DNA of 64,000 nt, taken from assembly GCA_963664305.2 (NCBI GenBank), contig CAXXLV010000001.1:832001-896000 (forward strand). The letters are read 5' to 3'. Below, one piece after another: positions 39,314-49,491 of the stretch; within the stretch, counting starts at the first letter, position 1, and every line of letters begins with the position of its first letter. A model generated the notes under the pieces. It made no database searches. It was given only the letters and a program-made list of their open reading frames with translations, and was not told the DNA's origin. The translations under genes and the position numbers were made by a program. This DNA comes from an uncultured Aliarcobacter sp. (GTDB taxonomy: Bacteria; Campylobacterota; Campylobacteria; Campylobacterales; Arcobacteraceae).

Positions 39314-40330
39314 ATGAGTATGTTTGCTGATCCATATGAACAATTTTTGCTTGATTATCTTGTTACAAAATTAGAAAATGGTTCTAATACAAGAAGAGCA
39401 TTATTGTTATATAGTGAACAAATTACAAGAGAAACAAATTTCAAAAAAAGATTAATGGCTGCCATTAAAGATATGGAAATAGGAAAACATAAACTTGAAG
39501 CTATTTTACATAAACATAAATTTTTGAATAGTTTTCAATTTAGTTTGGTTGTAAATAGTACAAATACCTTAGATGGATTAAAGCTTGTTTTATCTTTTAA
39601 AAAAGCAAATTCAAATCTGATGTTAAAGATGATAAATCCTATTTTTGTTCCTTTATCTATTATCATTGGTACTTTTTATGGTTTGATTTTATATCTTGAT
39701 ATGTTACAAAAAGATTTAGTTCAATTAAGAAAGTTAAATCCTGATGTGGAACAATTTTTAGGAATACCAAAATATTTTACTTATGATGTGGCTTACATAG
39801 GATTAGGAGTTTCTATATTTGTTACGGCATTTATATTTTTTGGATATTTGTATACTGAAAAGTATAAACCAGCATGGTTATATAAAGTATTTAAAACTCA
39901 AGCGTTTTCTGATGGAAGATTTATGTTTAGGATTTTAAATGGTATGTTAAGTGCTGGTATCTCTTTTCATAAAACTTCATTGATTTTATCAAAAGATTAT
40001 TTTAAAGAGGGGCTTCGACCATTTTTTAAAGAGTTGGCAGAGATGATAAATAAAAATAGAAAACTATTTATTATGTTTGAAAAATACAATTTTCCTGCAA
40101 TCATAACAGCCGATATAAAATTGTCAGAGTTAAGTAAAACAAGTTTTTCAGAAGTTACAAAAGCTTTATATCAAACATGTGACACAATGTATGAAAAAAA
40201 CATAAATTATATGGTTTTACAATGGAAGTTTATGTTTTGGATGATTGCAATGTTGGTTACTGTAATAATAGGTTCAGATGTTATTAACTTGGTAATTAGT
40301 ACTTTTACATTTAAAACTTTATATCAATAG
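39314..40330 (+). CDS. GspF/PilC-like inner membrane platform protein (divergent)
   Basis: Two helical cytoplasmic repeats with three TM helices; RILNGMLSAGISF; lies between secretin and ATPase. Confidence 0.7.
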   Translation: MSMFADPYEQFLLDYLVTKLENGSNTRRALLLYSEQITRETNFKKRLMAAIKDMEIGKHKLEAILHKHKFLNSFQFSLVVNSTNTLDGLKLVLSFKKANSNLMLKMINPIFVPLSIIIGTFYGLILYLDMLQKDLVQLRKLNPDVEQFLGIPKYFTYDVAYIGLGVSIFVTAFIFFGYLYTEKYKPAWLYKVFKTQAFSDGRFMFRILNGMLSAGISFHKTSLILSKDYFKEGLRPFFKELAEMINKNRKLFIMFEKYNFPAIITADIKLSELSKTSFSEVTKALYQTCDTMYEKNINYMVLQWKFMFWMIAMLVTVIIGSDVINLVISTFTFKTLYQ

Positions 40331-40341
40331 AAGATGAAATT

Positions 40342-42033
40342 ATGATAAAGAAAATAGTAACAACTTTAAAGAATACTCCTAAATTTCCTTTTATGAAAAG
40401 TGAAAAAAAGAAGAAATCTCAGAAAAAAGTGAAAAAAGCAGAGTTTGATTTTAAAGATTTTTTTGAAAAACAAAAGAAGTCAATTTATGATTTTATAGGT
40501 AAAAGTGACGACCCAGATACTCATTTATCAAATATAATCGAAGATATGATTAAAGAGAAATTCCATTTAAAAGGTGGATATGGAGATTTAATCGCAAATG
40601 AAGAAAAATATGAACAATTTGTAAGAACTTTAGGTTATGAATATTATGCAACTTACAATGAATTATCAAAATATTATCAAGATACTTCATTTCAACTTGA
40701 TGAAAAAAAACTTGAATTTTGTACAACAATGTATATTATTACATTAGAAGATAAAAAGAATAAAAATAAAGTTTTAGGTATTAGAGATGTTGTAAATCTT
40801 GATTTTGAAATTTTAAGTAAATTCTATTTTACAAAAATAGTAGTTTTAGGTGAGGGCGTTTTATCTTCAGTTTTTGGGGAAGATAGAGAGATTATTTTTA
40901 GTTCAAATAGTGATACAGAAAATGATGAAGAGATAAATAAATATTTTGACAAAATGATGGGACAAGCTATTTTACTTGGAGCATCTGATATCCATATTCA
41001 AAAAACAAGTAGATATGCTTCTTTATGGTTTAGAATTGATGGTATAAAAGTTGATATGGGAACAATGCCAATTACTATTGCAAAAACATTAAAAAGAAGA
41101 CTTGTAACTATGGCTGACCAAGAGGATTCAGATTATGAATCAATTAATGGGGTTATAAATTATGAATATGGAAAGAAAAATATTAAATTCAGACTTGGTC
41201 TTATAAATTCAAAATTAAACTTTTCATTAGTTATGAGGATGATTGGTGGACGTGGAGTTGTTTCTCATAATTTAAGAGGGTTAAACTATCCACAAGAAAC
41301 AGTTGATATCCTTTCAAATTTAACAAAATATGCAAATGGAATGATATTAATTACCGGACAAGTTGGAAGTGGTAAAACACACTTGATGTATGCTTTATTA
41401 CAACAACTTGCAAAACAACAACAATATGTAATTACAATTGAAGATCCAGTTGAATATGTGGATGAATCTTTCTTCCAAATTGATTTATCTGAGTTTGCAA
41501 GTGCAAGTGAGGAGTTTAAGTATGGTTACCCAGAAGCCGTTGTTGATATCCTAAGACAAGATTCAAATATCATCTTAATTGGGGAAACAAGAGAACCACA
41601 AACGGCATCACAACTTGTAAATGCATCTAACTTAGGTCAGTTAGTTTTCTCAACAATGCACACAAACTCAGCCCCAGCAACTGTTTCAAGGATGACAAGT
41701 TCTCTTGGAATAAATGAAGGGGATATTATCGATAACTTAAGAGGTATTGTATCTCAAAGATTAGTTCGAAAATTATGTAAATTTTGTAAAGAACCTGATG
41801 GAGAAGGTGGATATAAAAAAGTTGGTTGTGATGAATGTAACCATACAGGGTTTAAAGATAGGGTACCAATCGCTGAGGTTGTAAGATTTAAACTTGGACA
41901 TGGTGGTGATTTTGAAAATCCAGCAGAATATATGACGGTTGAAAAAGCTTCAATGGCACAATACAAAGAAGGGTTAATAACAAAAGAAGATGCAATTGCA
42001 ATTATCAGAGGGGAAGAAGTATGGTACGATTAG
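40342..42033 (+). CDS. GspE/PilB-family assembly ATPase
   Basis: ASDIHI, FRIDG, GQVGSGKT, TIEDPVE, LRQD, IGETR, STMHTN, SQRLVRKLC..C / C..C Zn site. Confidence 0.93.
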   Translation: MIKKIVTTLKNTPKFPFMKSEKKKKSQKKVKKAEFDFKDFFEKQKKSIYDFIGKSDDPDTHLSNIIEDMIKEKFHLKGGYGDLIANEEKYEQFVRTLGYEYYATYNELSKYYQDTSFQLDEKKLEFCTTMYIITLEDKKNKNKVLGIRDVVNLDFEILSKFYFTKIVVLGEGVLSSVFGEDREIIFSSNSDTENDEEINKYFDKMMGQAILLGASDIHIQKTSRYASLWFRIDGIKVDMGTMPITIAKTLKRRLVTMADQEDSDYESINGVINYEYGKKNIKFRLGLINSKLNFSLVMRMIGGRGVVSHNLRGLNYPQETVDILSNLTKYANGMILITGQVGSGKTHLMYALLQQLAKQQQYVITIEDPVEYVDESFFQIDLSEFASASEEFKYGYPEAVVDILRQDSNIILIGETREPQTASQLVNASNLGQLVFSTMHTNSAPATVSRMTSSLGINEGDIIDNLRGIVSQRLVRKLCKFCKEPDGEGGYKKVGCDECNHTGFKDRVPIAEVVRFKLGHGGDFENPAEYMTVEKASMAQYKEGLITKEDAIAIIRGEEVWYD

Positions 42034-42770
42034 TAATTACTGATTTTGCAACAAAAGAGGATAGTGAATTTTTCTATATAAATGATGAATTTGATGTTTC
42101 TCAAAATATGTTTACATATCATTCCTTTAAAAAATATAGTGTATATCTATCAAAATATACAAATGATGAAATTTATTCATTAAATTTATTATCAAAAAGA
42201 TATTTAGGAAGAAATCAATTTTTAATCCATATTGCTGATGGAGAGTATGTAATTTTATTTAATCATAAAACAGTATATTCTGCAAAAATAAATCAAAACT
42301 TTATTACAGATGACATGATTAAATCAATTTTGATTACAAAACATATAGCAATGCTTTCAAGTGGTGGAGCAATTGAAAATATTTATTATGTAATTAACTC
42401 AAAATATAAGTGTGCAATTGAGAATATTTTAAAACAAAATACAAAAAATGAGAAACAAGAAGTAGTAGCTAAATCTTTAGGAGAAATTGAAGAATTAGTT
42501 AAACCTTTAAAAGAGTTAGATACAGCAAAATCTCATACAACAAAACTAACTTATATGTCATTACTATTAGGGGTAAGTTGTTGGGTAATGTTTTCAGGAT
42601 TAAAAACATTTACTGATAAAGTTTTTTATACTGAACCTTTAGAAAATTTACATAGAGAGTTAAAAATTGAGACTCAACTAGCAAAACGTCAAGAAAAATT
42701 ATTGGGTGAAAGTCAAAATAAATATAAAGAATTAGTTGATTGTATAACTCCAACTAAGGTAGTGAAATGA
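42021..42770 (+). CDS. bitopic membrane protein, possible GspL/PilM-N-like alignment subunit
   Basis: Cytoplasmic domain, one TM helix, coiled coil; overlaps ATPase stop; role inferred from position. Confidence 0.45.
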   Translation: MVRLVITDFATKEDSEFFYINDEFDVSQNMFTYHSFKKYSVYLSKYTNDEIYSLNLLSKRYLGRNQFLIHIADGEYVILFNHKTVYSAKINQNFITDDMIKSILITKHIAMLSSGGAIENIYYVINSKYKCAIENILKQNTKNEKQEVVAKSLGEIEELVKPLKELDTAKSHTTKLTYMSLLLGVSCWVMFSGLKTFTDKVFYTEPLENLHRELKIETQLAKRQEKLLGESQNKYKELVDCITPTKVVK

Positions 42771-43258
42771 TTAGTATAAGCAATAAAGTAATAAAAAATG
42801 GAAGTAAATTAATTATTTCAACTTTAGTAATTTATTCAATAGTTTATGTTGGATTTAGAGCTTTAAACTATTATAAAACATATTATGAAAAAGAAAAACT
42901 TACAAATGAACTTCAAATAAAAAGAGATGAAACAATATCATTAAAAACTAGAGCTAATGAAGCAAAGAAAAAAATTGAAGATTTAGAAAAAAGTTATATC
43001 TCAAAAGAAGAAATTGAAACAAAAGTAAAAGATATCTTTTCAAGAATGTCTTTACTTGATTATCAATTAGATTTTGTAGATTCAAAAAAAATGTGTATAG
43101 ATAGATATATAATCATAACTAGAGTACATACTCAAAGTGAAAATGGACTAAAAGCAGCAGAAGGTATTTTATCATATCTAGGAGAAATTAAAAAAAGTGA
43201 TATGGATGAATCTTTATATTTTGTAAATTATATTTCAAAACCTAGGGAAATAAAATGA
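42767..43258 (+). CDS. bitopic membrane protein, possible GspM/PilO-like subunit
   Basis: N-terminal TM helix, coiled coil, small alpha/beta domain. Confidence 0.5.
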   Translation: MISISNKVIKNGSKLIISTLVIYSIVYVGFRALNYYKTYYEKEKLTNELQIKRDETISLKTRANEAKKKIEDLEKSYISKEEIETKVKDIFSRMSLLDYQLDFVDSKKMCIDRYIIITRVHTQSENGLKAAEGILSYLGEIKKSDMDESLYFVNYISKPREIK

Positions 43259-45456
43259 AAGTTTGTATGAAAGCTTTTTTCCTTTTTTTCCTTTCTATAA
43301 ATTATTTATTCGCAGATAATTATATAGATTCTTTAACTCTTACAAAAATAAAAAAACTTGTACAAAAAGAAGAAGAGATAGCTTTTGCATATAAAAAATA
43401 TCTTTTAGAAAAGGGAACAACTCCTACAACTATTGATACTTTAAAAGAGCAAAATTATTTACCAAAGGGATTTGATTTTATAAATCCTTTTGGTAAAGTA
43501 ATTACTTTAAAAAATGATGAATATGTAATAAATGGTTTTTCAACTATGGATAATGTTTTAAAATCAAATTTATATGATTACTATTATTCAAGTAAGTACA
43601 GAACTTATACTAAAGCTCCGTTAAGTACAAATGAAACTGATGTAGGAATTATTTTATCAACAAAAGAAAAATTCATTTTTAATAATAAAAGTAAAATTAC
43701 AACTACAAAAGCAGATGCAAAAGCAAAATATTATTTAGATTCAAATGGGGTTTTACATTGGTATGATGTAAATGGGAATTATAAATACTCTTTTGATAAA
43801 GATTTACTTCTTGATGAAAATGTAACGTTATTAAATGAAGATGGGACAGTAAATAGTACATATAAAGAGTTAGTAAAAGATGTGTCTTTTGCAGGAATGA
43901 CTGTTTTACATAAAAATACTACTTCAAGTACAGCTGATGAATATATTATGATTGGTTCATCAAGTGCAGTAAAAGTAAAACAAACAACAAGAGATATAGG
44001 AAAAACAGTTATTCAATTTACTAGACGTGCTGGTGGAATGATTGTAAATGGAGATATTTATACTTGGGGAAATATAGCTAATAGAATTGTAGGTATAGAT
44101 ATAGATAATAATAAATATACAAAAGAAAATGGTAGTTTAGGTTCATATTATCCAGTTATTACAGGATTAGTTAGAGCAAGAGCTAAAACATATGATACAA
44201 ATATAGACAATCAAAACTACTTTTCTTCACCCTTAAGACCAAAATTTGTTGATTTTTTTAGTACAGTTTTTCATAGTACTTGTGGAATTTCAATAAAAGG
44301 AGAATTATATTGTGGAGGACTTGCAAGTGCATATCAAAAAGGTTTTTTATATTCTAATGTAGATCCATCGAGTCCAAGTGTTGAAATGTTGTATAAAAGT
44401 AAAGATTTTGATGGTACAGTTAATAAAAAAGCAACTAAAATATTTGCGAATGATGGATTTTGGTTAATTTTTGGAAATACTGATACAGATAATAATGGAA
44501 ATTATAAAAATGGTAAAATTTATAGATGGGGTGGCACAAACTATGGATTTGGAGGAACAGGAAATAGAACTTATTCAACTACAAGAATATCAGAATTAGA
44601 TATAACAGATAATAATGTAAAAGTATTATTTAAAGACTTAACATATCTTCTTACTCTTGGACATAGGAAAATAGCAGCATTATCTAATCAAGGAGATATT
44701 TATATTTGGGGAGTAGATACATATAATTCAAATTCTTTTGATTGTACAATTAAATGGGAAAATATTAATTATGATTTATGTGTACCAACTAAAATTATAA
44801 TTTCGAATTCAACAATGAATTCTTCAATAAAATTTGAATCAATTCAAGGTGGATTAGACTCTTTTATTGCAAAAAGTGAAGATGGAATATATTATAAAAT
44901 TTCTCACCCAATTAATAAAAAAATACAAGTGATACCTATAGATAGTACAATAAAAAATTATGAAGAATATAAATTAGAAGATGATGTAGAACTTTTATCA
45001 GTTGATTTTTCTAAAAAAGTTTCAGAAATAGGAACAACAACTGCAAGTAATGGAATAGTTTGGATAAATAGTAAAAATGAATTAAAAGGTGATTATTATA
45101 CAGATGAAAATAAAAATGATCCAGTATTTAAAGATTCTATAAAAAAAATAAAATGGAAAAAAATAAAAGTTATACAAGATGATAATGGTATGTGTGGAAT
45201 TGATATAAATGATCAAATGTATTGTTGGGGAATGATGTCTTTTTATGGTCAAGATATGAGAGATACATTTATGTTACCAGTATTTAATACAAATTTATAT
45301 GATTCTAATAAGGATTTTTTAGTTGTTGAGGGAGGTAATTCAAATCTTACAAACATGACATCTGATGATTGGACAACTAGTGATTCAAAAAAACCATTTT
45401 TTATGAAGTATCCTACATATATAGGTGGATTTAATTATGAGTTTATATTTAAATAA
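43255..45456 (+). CDS. large exported protein: pseudopilin-head-like domain plus RCC1-like repeats; second putative adhesin
   Basis: Sec signal; EEEIAFAYKKYLLEKGTTPT...NYLP...NPFG; GDIYTWG, GELYCGG, QMYCWG; C-terminus shared with 34720 protein. Confidence 0.65.
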   Translation: MKVCMKAFFLFFLSINYLFADNYIDSLTLTKIKKLVQKEEEIAFAYKKYLLEKGTTPTTIDTLKEQNYLPKGFDFINPFGKVITLKNDEYVINGFSTMDNVLKSNLYDYYYSSKYRTYTKAPLSTNETDVGIILSTKEKFIFNNKSKITTTKADAKAKYYLDSNGVLHWYDVNGNYKYSFDKDLLLDENVTLLNEDGTVNSTYKELVKDVSFAGMTVLHKNTTSSTADEYIMIGSSSAVKVKQTTRDIGKTVIQFTRRAGGMIVNGDIYTWGNIANRIVGIDIDNNKYTKENGSLGSYYPVITGLVRARAKTYDTNIDNQNYFSSPLRPKFVDFFSTVFHSTCGISIKGELYCGGLASAYQKGFLYSNVDPSSPSVEMLYKSKDFDGTVNKKATKIFANDGFWLIFGNTDTDNNGNYKNGKIYRWGGTNYGFGGTGNRTYSTTRISELDITDNNVKVLFKDLTYLLTLGHRKIAALSNQGDIYIWGVDTYNSNSFDCTIKWENINYDLCVPTKIIISNSTMNSSIKFESIQGGLDSFIAKSEDGIYYKISHPINKKIQVIPIDSTIKNYEEYKLEDDVELLSVDFSKKVSEIGTTTASNGIVWINSKNELKGDYYTDENKNDPVFKDSIKKIKWKKIKVIQDDNGMCGIDINDQMYCWGMMSFYGQDMRDTFMLPVFNTNLYDSNKDFLVVEGGNSNLTNMTSDDWTTSDSKKPFFMKYPTYIGGFNYEFIFK

Positions 45457-45472
45457 AATTAAAAGGGAAAAA

Positions 45473-46444
45473 ATGAAGAGAATAAGTATGATTTTATTGG
45501 GGTTTCTTACTGCAATTAATCTTTATGCAGAAGATCAAAATATACAAAATATGGATAAATTAGATGCTTTAGATCAGCAATCTAAAGAGTTCTTTAAAGC
45601 AATTACTGGATTAGAGAAAGATTATTTAGAGGAACAAGTAAATGCAATAAAAAATAAAAAAGTAGAGCAAATTTCAAATCCAAATATGCCAAATCAACCA
45701 CAAATGATTATAAAAGAAGAACCAAAATTATCACAAGAAGATTATGAAAAAAATGTATTTACTCATCAAAATGAAATGGCAAGATTAACTACAGATTTTA
45801 CTAGAACAAAAAAATTAAAAGATTTAAAAATAAAAAGTATGTACTCTTTTAATGGGAAAGATTATGTAGTACTAGAATTAAATGATGAAACAGCAGTAAA
45901 TAAACAAAATGGTTTAACAAAAACTGAGTTAAGTGCAAATATAGAAGGAAGATATGTTGAGGGTGATAATATCTTAGGACATAAAATCATTGATATTAAT
46001 ACAAGAACAAAAAGTGTTGAACTATATAAAAAACTTGATGAAGAGTATGGTTATACAATCTATTTAAGCAATTATGGTATTTCTGTTAGTGATTTAAAAA
46101 AGATAGAACAAAAAGAAGAAGCTAAAAAAGAAGATAAAAATAGTGTAAAAAAAGCATTTGAACAAGTTAAAACTGAACAAAAAAATGTAAGTGAAAAAAA
46201 CTCTTCTTGTTATATAGTTAATAAACAAAATTTAAATGTAAGAAATAGTACAAATTCAGACGCTAGAATTTTAAGAATTTTAAAACTTGATGATAAATTC
46301 ACTATAAAAGAAAAAAACAATGATTGGCTTCAAATAGATACTATTTATAAAAAAGTTTCAGGTGATGTAATGAATGTATCAAATGAAAATAACTGGGTTC
46401 AATTAGTAGAAGGAAATGTAAGTCTAAGTGATAATTGTAAATAG
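45473..46444 (+). CDS. exported protein with C-terminal SH3b-like domain (possible PilP/GspC-like)
   Basis: Start MKRISMILLG at 45473 after AAGGG; YVEGDNILGHKIIDI; LNVR...WLQI...NWV SH3b pattern. Confidence 0.6.
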   Translation: MKRISMILLGFLTAINLYAEDQNIQNMDKLDALDQQSKEFFKAITGLEKDYLEEQVNAIKNKKVEQISNPNMPNQPQMIIKEEPKLSQEDYEKNVFTHQNEMARLTTDFTRTKKLKDLKIKSMYSFNGKDYVVLELNDETAVNKQNGLTKTELSANIEGRYVEGDNILGHKIIDINTRTKSVELYKKLDEEYGYTIYLSNYGISVSDLKKIEQKEEAKKEDKNSVKKAFEQVKTEQKNVSEKNSSCYIVNKQNLNVRNSTNSDARILRILKLDDKFTIKEKNNDWLQIDTIYKKVSGDVMNVSNENNWVQLVEGNVSLSDNCK

Positions 46445-46453
46445 GAAAGTAAA

Positions 46454-47524
46454 TTGGAAAATCTAAGAGATTATAAATCAGAAATTTTTGTAAATATTGA
46501 AAGAATTTCAAATGAAGTTCTCATATTAAAAAGTAAATATAATAAATTTTTTAATATAGAAGAGATATTTTCTAGTGAAAATGGTGGAAAAACAAGATTA
46601 AATAGACAAATATTTAATGAAAATCATGAGAATATCCAATCTTCAATTTTAGAGATAAGTTTATCTTTAGATGAAATTACAGGTCTAATAAAAGAGCAAA
46701 TGAGAATTGTTTTAAATAATAACAATCAATTTGAAAAAGCAGAATTAAATACATTGATTTTTGATGATAAAAATTTTTTAGAAATATTATCTTTAGATTT
46801 AGACACTCATGGCATAAAAGGTGAAGCTAAAAATAGATGTTTAAATGAGATAAAAGATTTAATCAATTTAAAAAATAAGGTGTTTAATCTACGATATTTT
46901 ATAGATATGTTTGATACTTCAATTTTTGATAAATATATAAATAGATTAGGAGTTGAAGATTTAATCAATAGTACAATTATTTTTGAAACTATAGACTCTT
47001 ACGCTTTACAGTTTGAAGAGTTGAAAAAATTTGCAGAACAATTAGCTACATTAAGTGTTGAAAATATAAAAGTTACAAATCTGAATAGTTTTAACACTTT
47101 ATTAGAATTACATAAAAGAAGAGTTGATAACTATATGTATGCAGGTATAAAATATAAAATATTTATTGAATACAATAGTGAAATAAATATAGTTAAGCCT
47201 GTTAATTTAAATATGGCATATTTAGAAAATATTTTATCTGCATTAATAGAACAATCATCAATGGATGTTGTAAAAAAAGAGTTAAAAAAAGGAAAAATAC
47301 AAAAGCAAATAGATGTAAATATTTCGCTAAATAAAAATATATTTCAAATGAGTGTAAAAAACAATGGTTTTGAAGTTAGAAATATTCACAATTTATTTTT
47401 ATCAGATATTGATAATAAAAATATTTTAGAAGCAAAAAATTTAGCTAGTTTTATAAATGCAAAACTTGATATTTCAAGTATTGACAATGAAGGTATGCAG
47501 TATACAGTAACTCTTAAAGTTTAA
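46454..47524 (+). CDS. hypothetical protein with degenerate HATPase-like C-terminus
   Basis: Helical N-terminus; LENILSALIEQS...MSVKNNG...GMQYTVTL resembles a kinase CA domain without intact N/G boxes. Confidence 0.45.
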   Translation: MENLRDYKSEIFVNIERISNEVLILKSKYNKFFNIEEIFSSENGGKTRLNRQIFNENHENIQSSILEISLSLDEITGLIKEQMRIVLNNNNQFEKAELNTLIFDDKNFLEILSLDLDTHGIKGEAKNRCLNEIKDLINLKNKVFNLRYFIDMFDTSIFDKYINRLGVEDLINSTIIFETIDSYALQFEELKKFAEQLATLSVENIKVTNLNSFNTLLELHKRRVDNYMYAGIKYKIFIEYNSEINIVKPVNLNMAYLENILSALIEQSSMDVVKKELKKGKIQKQIDVNISLNKNIFQMSVKNNGFEVRNIHNLFLSDIDNKNILEAKNLASFINAKLDISSIDNEGMQYTVTLKV

Positions 47525-47543
47525 AACTAAAGGTAAAAAACCT

Positions 47544-48713
47544 TTAGTTATCTTTGAAATTTCCAATAATCTCTTTTGCTTTTTGTAAAGCTTTATCACT
47601 ACTATCTTTATCAAATGTAAGTGCCACAGCCATTCTTCTTCCCACATGACTTTGCGGTTTTCCAAATACTCTAATAATTGAATCTTTTGTAAATGAAGAA
47701 TCAAATATATCAATTTGTGGATTAAATGTATCTCCACTTGCTTTGTAAGCAGCACTTGCACCTGCTCCATAAGTTATAAAATCAACTGGTAAACCTAAAA
47801 CTGCTCTTACATGAAGTGCAAATTCACTAGCACTTTGAGTAATCATAGTAACCATTCCAGTATCATGTGGTCTTGGACTTACTTCTGAAAAATAAACATC
47901 GTCACCTTTTACAAAAAGTTCAACACCAAAAATACCTCTTCCACCAAGACCATCAGTAATTGTTTTTGCAATTTCTTGTGATTTTTTAACTGCAATTTCA
48001 CTCATATTCATTGGTTGCCAAGAGAAGATATAATCTCCATCTTTTTGAATATGTCCAATTGGTTCACAAAATACTGTATCTTTTCCATTTCTAACAGTTA
48101 ACATAGTAATTTCATAATCAAAAGTGATAAATTCTTCAACGATTAATTCGCTTGCATCACCTCTTGCTTCTTTTGCCATTTCCCAAGATTTTTCTAAATC
48201 AGCTTCACTTCTTGCAACACTTTGACCATGACCAGAAGAACTCATTACAGGTTTGATAACACAAGGGAATCCAATAACACCAGCAGCTTCTTTTAAAGCT
48301 TCAAATGTAGTAACAAATTTATATTTACTTGTTGGTAATTTTAATTGTTCAGCAGCAAATTCTCTAATGTTTTTTCTGTTCATTGTTTTGTTAACAGCAT
48401 CAGCATTTGGAATTACATGAAATCCTTCTTTTTCAGCTTCAAATAAAGCTTGAATATTGATAGCTTCAACTTCAGGTAGAATATATGTAGGTTTTTCTCT
48501 TCTTATAATATCAAGAAGTTCATTTTTATTTTTCATATTAATTGTATATGATTTATTTGCTACAAGTTGTGCAGGAGCATTATTGTAGCTATCAACAGCA
48601 ATTGTTTCTATACCTAATCTTTGAGCTTCAATTACAACTTCTTTTCCTAATTCTCCACTTCCAAGAAGCATAATCTTAATAGAGTCAGATTTTAAAGGTG
48701 CTGGAAATTTCAT
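47544..48713 (-). CDS. purT: formate-dependent phosphoribosylglycinamide formyltransferase
   Basis: [37 protein letters not shown]. Confidence 0.96.
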   Translation of the reverse strand: MKFPAPLKSDSIKIMLLGSGELGKEVVIEAQRLGIETIAVDSYNNAPAQLVANKSYTINMKNKNELLDIIRREKPTYILPEVEAINIQALFEAEKEGFHVIPNADAVNKTMNRKNIREFAAEQLKLPTSKYKFVTTFEALKEAAGVIGFPCVIKPVMSSSGHGQSVARSEADLEKSWEMAKEARGDASELIVEEFITFDYEITMLTVRNGKDTVFCEPIGHIQKDGDYIFSWQPMNMSEIAVKKSQEIAKTITDGLGGRGIFGVELFVKGDDVYFSEVSPRPHDTGMVTMITQSASEFALHVRAVLGLPVDFITYGAGASAAYKASGDTFNPQIDIFDSSFTKDSIIRVFGKPQSHVGRRMAVALTFDKDSSDKALQKAKEIIGNFKDN

Positions 48714-48721
48714 TTTTATCC

Positions 48722-49480
48722 TTATGATTGATAGAATCTTCTATCAAAGTTTTGTAAATTGTTAACGACAATTATATCTTTTAATATTTTTAAATAATCT
48801 TGTGCAATACCTGAATAATTTAACATTGTTTGTGAAAGTGCTAAGCCTTCAGGATGTTTTTGTCTATTTCTTTGTTCATATCTTTGTTCTTGAAAACTTT
48901 TATAAGCCAAATTTCTATTTAGATTTAACATATAAACACTAACTGATTCTTTTAGATTTTTAAATACTCTAACGAAATGAGATGAACCTTCTTTTCTCTC
49001 TTTTGGAATTAATCCCATTTTAGAGTTGTATGTCCAGTGACCAAAAATGTTATTAGCTTCTTTAAAAAATCTACTTTTACCCCAACCACTCTCAATTGCA
49101 GCTTGTGCAAGAGCTAAAGATGGAGGGATAATGTCAACTTTTTTTAGATAGTCTTCCAAAGAATAGATATTCTCAACTTTATACTTCTCTTTTATTTTAA
49201 GAAGTCTGATAAATGTGTCAGAATCATAATCTATATCCAAAATATTTGATGTTAAAACATTTCTGATAAATTCTCTTTCACCTTTTATCACTTCATTTTC
49301 TTCCATAATTAATGTATATAAATGTTCAAAAAAATACTCTTTTGCTTTTGTTATATCATTAATTTCATAATACTCTTTAGGTAAACCTTTTGCTAAACAG
49401 TGAGTTTGTACAGTTCCAACTAAACAAACAGCTAGCAGAAGTTTCTTTGAGTTATTGATTAAAAATTTTAATAAATACAT
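48722..49480 (-). CDS. glucosaminidase-domain (Bax-like) protein
   Basis: [28 protein letters not shown]. Confidence 0.85.
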   Translation of the reverse strand: MYLLKFLINNSKKLLLAVCLVGTVQTHCLAKGLPKEYYEINDITKAKEYFFEHLYTLIMEENEVIKGEREFIRNVLTSNILDIDYDSDTFIRLLKIKEKYKVENIYSLEDYLKKVDIIPPSLALAQAAIESGWGKSRFFKEANNIFGHWTYNSKMGLIPKERKEGSSHFVRVFKNLKESVSVYMLNLNRNLAYKSFQEQRYEQRNRQKHPEGLALSQTMLNYSGIAQDYLKILKDIIVVNNLQNFDRRFYQS

Positions 49481-49491
49481 AGGCCTCTTTA

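Noticed and set aside
34720..45456. Shufflon-like adhesin switching between the two propeller genes
   Set aside because: No inverted cassettes, repeated recombination sites or adjacent invertase seen; both genes are complete and co-directional
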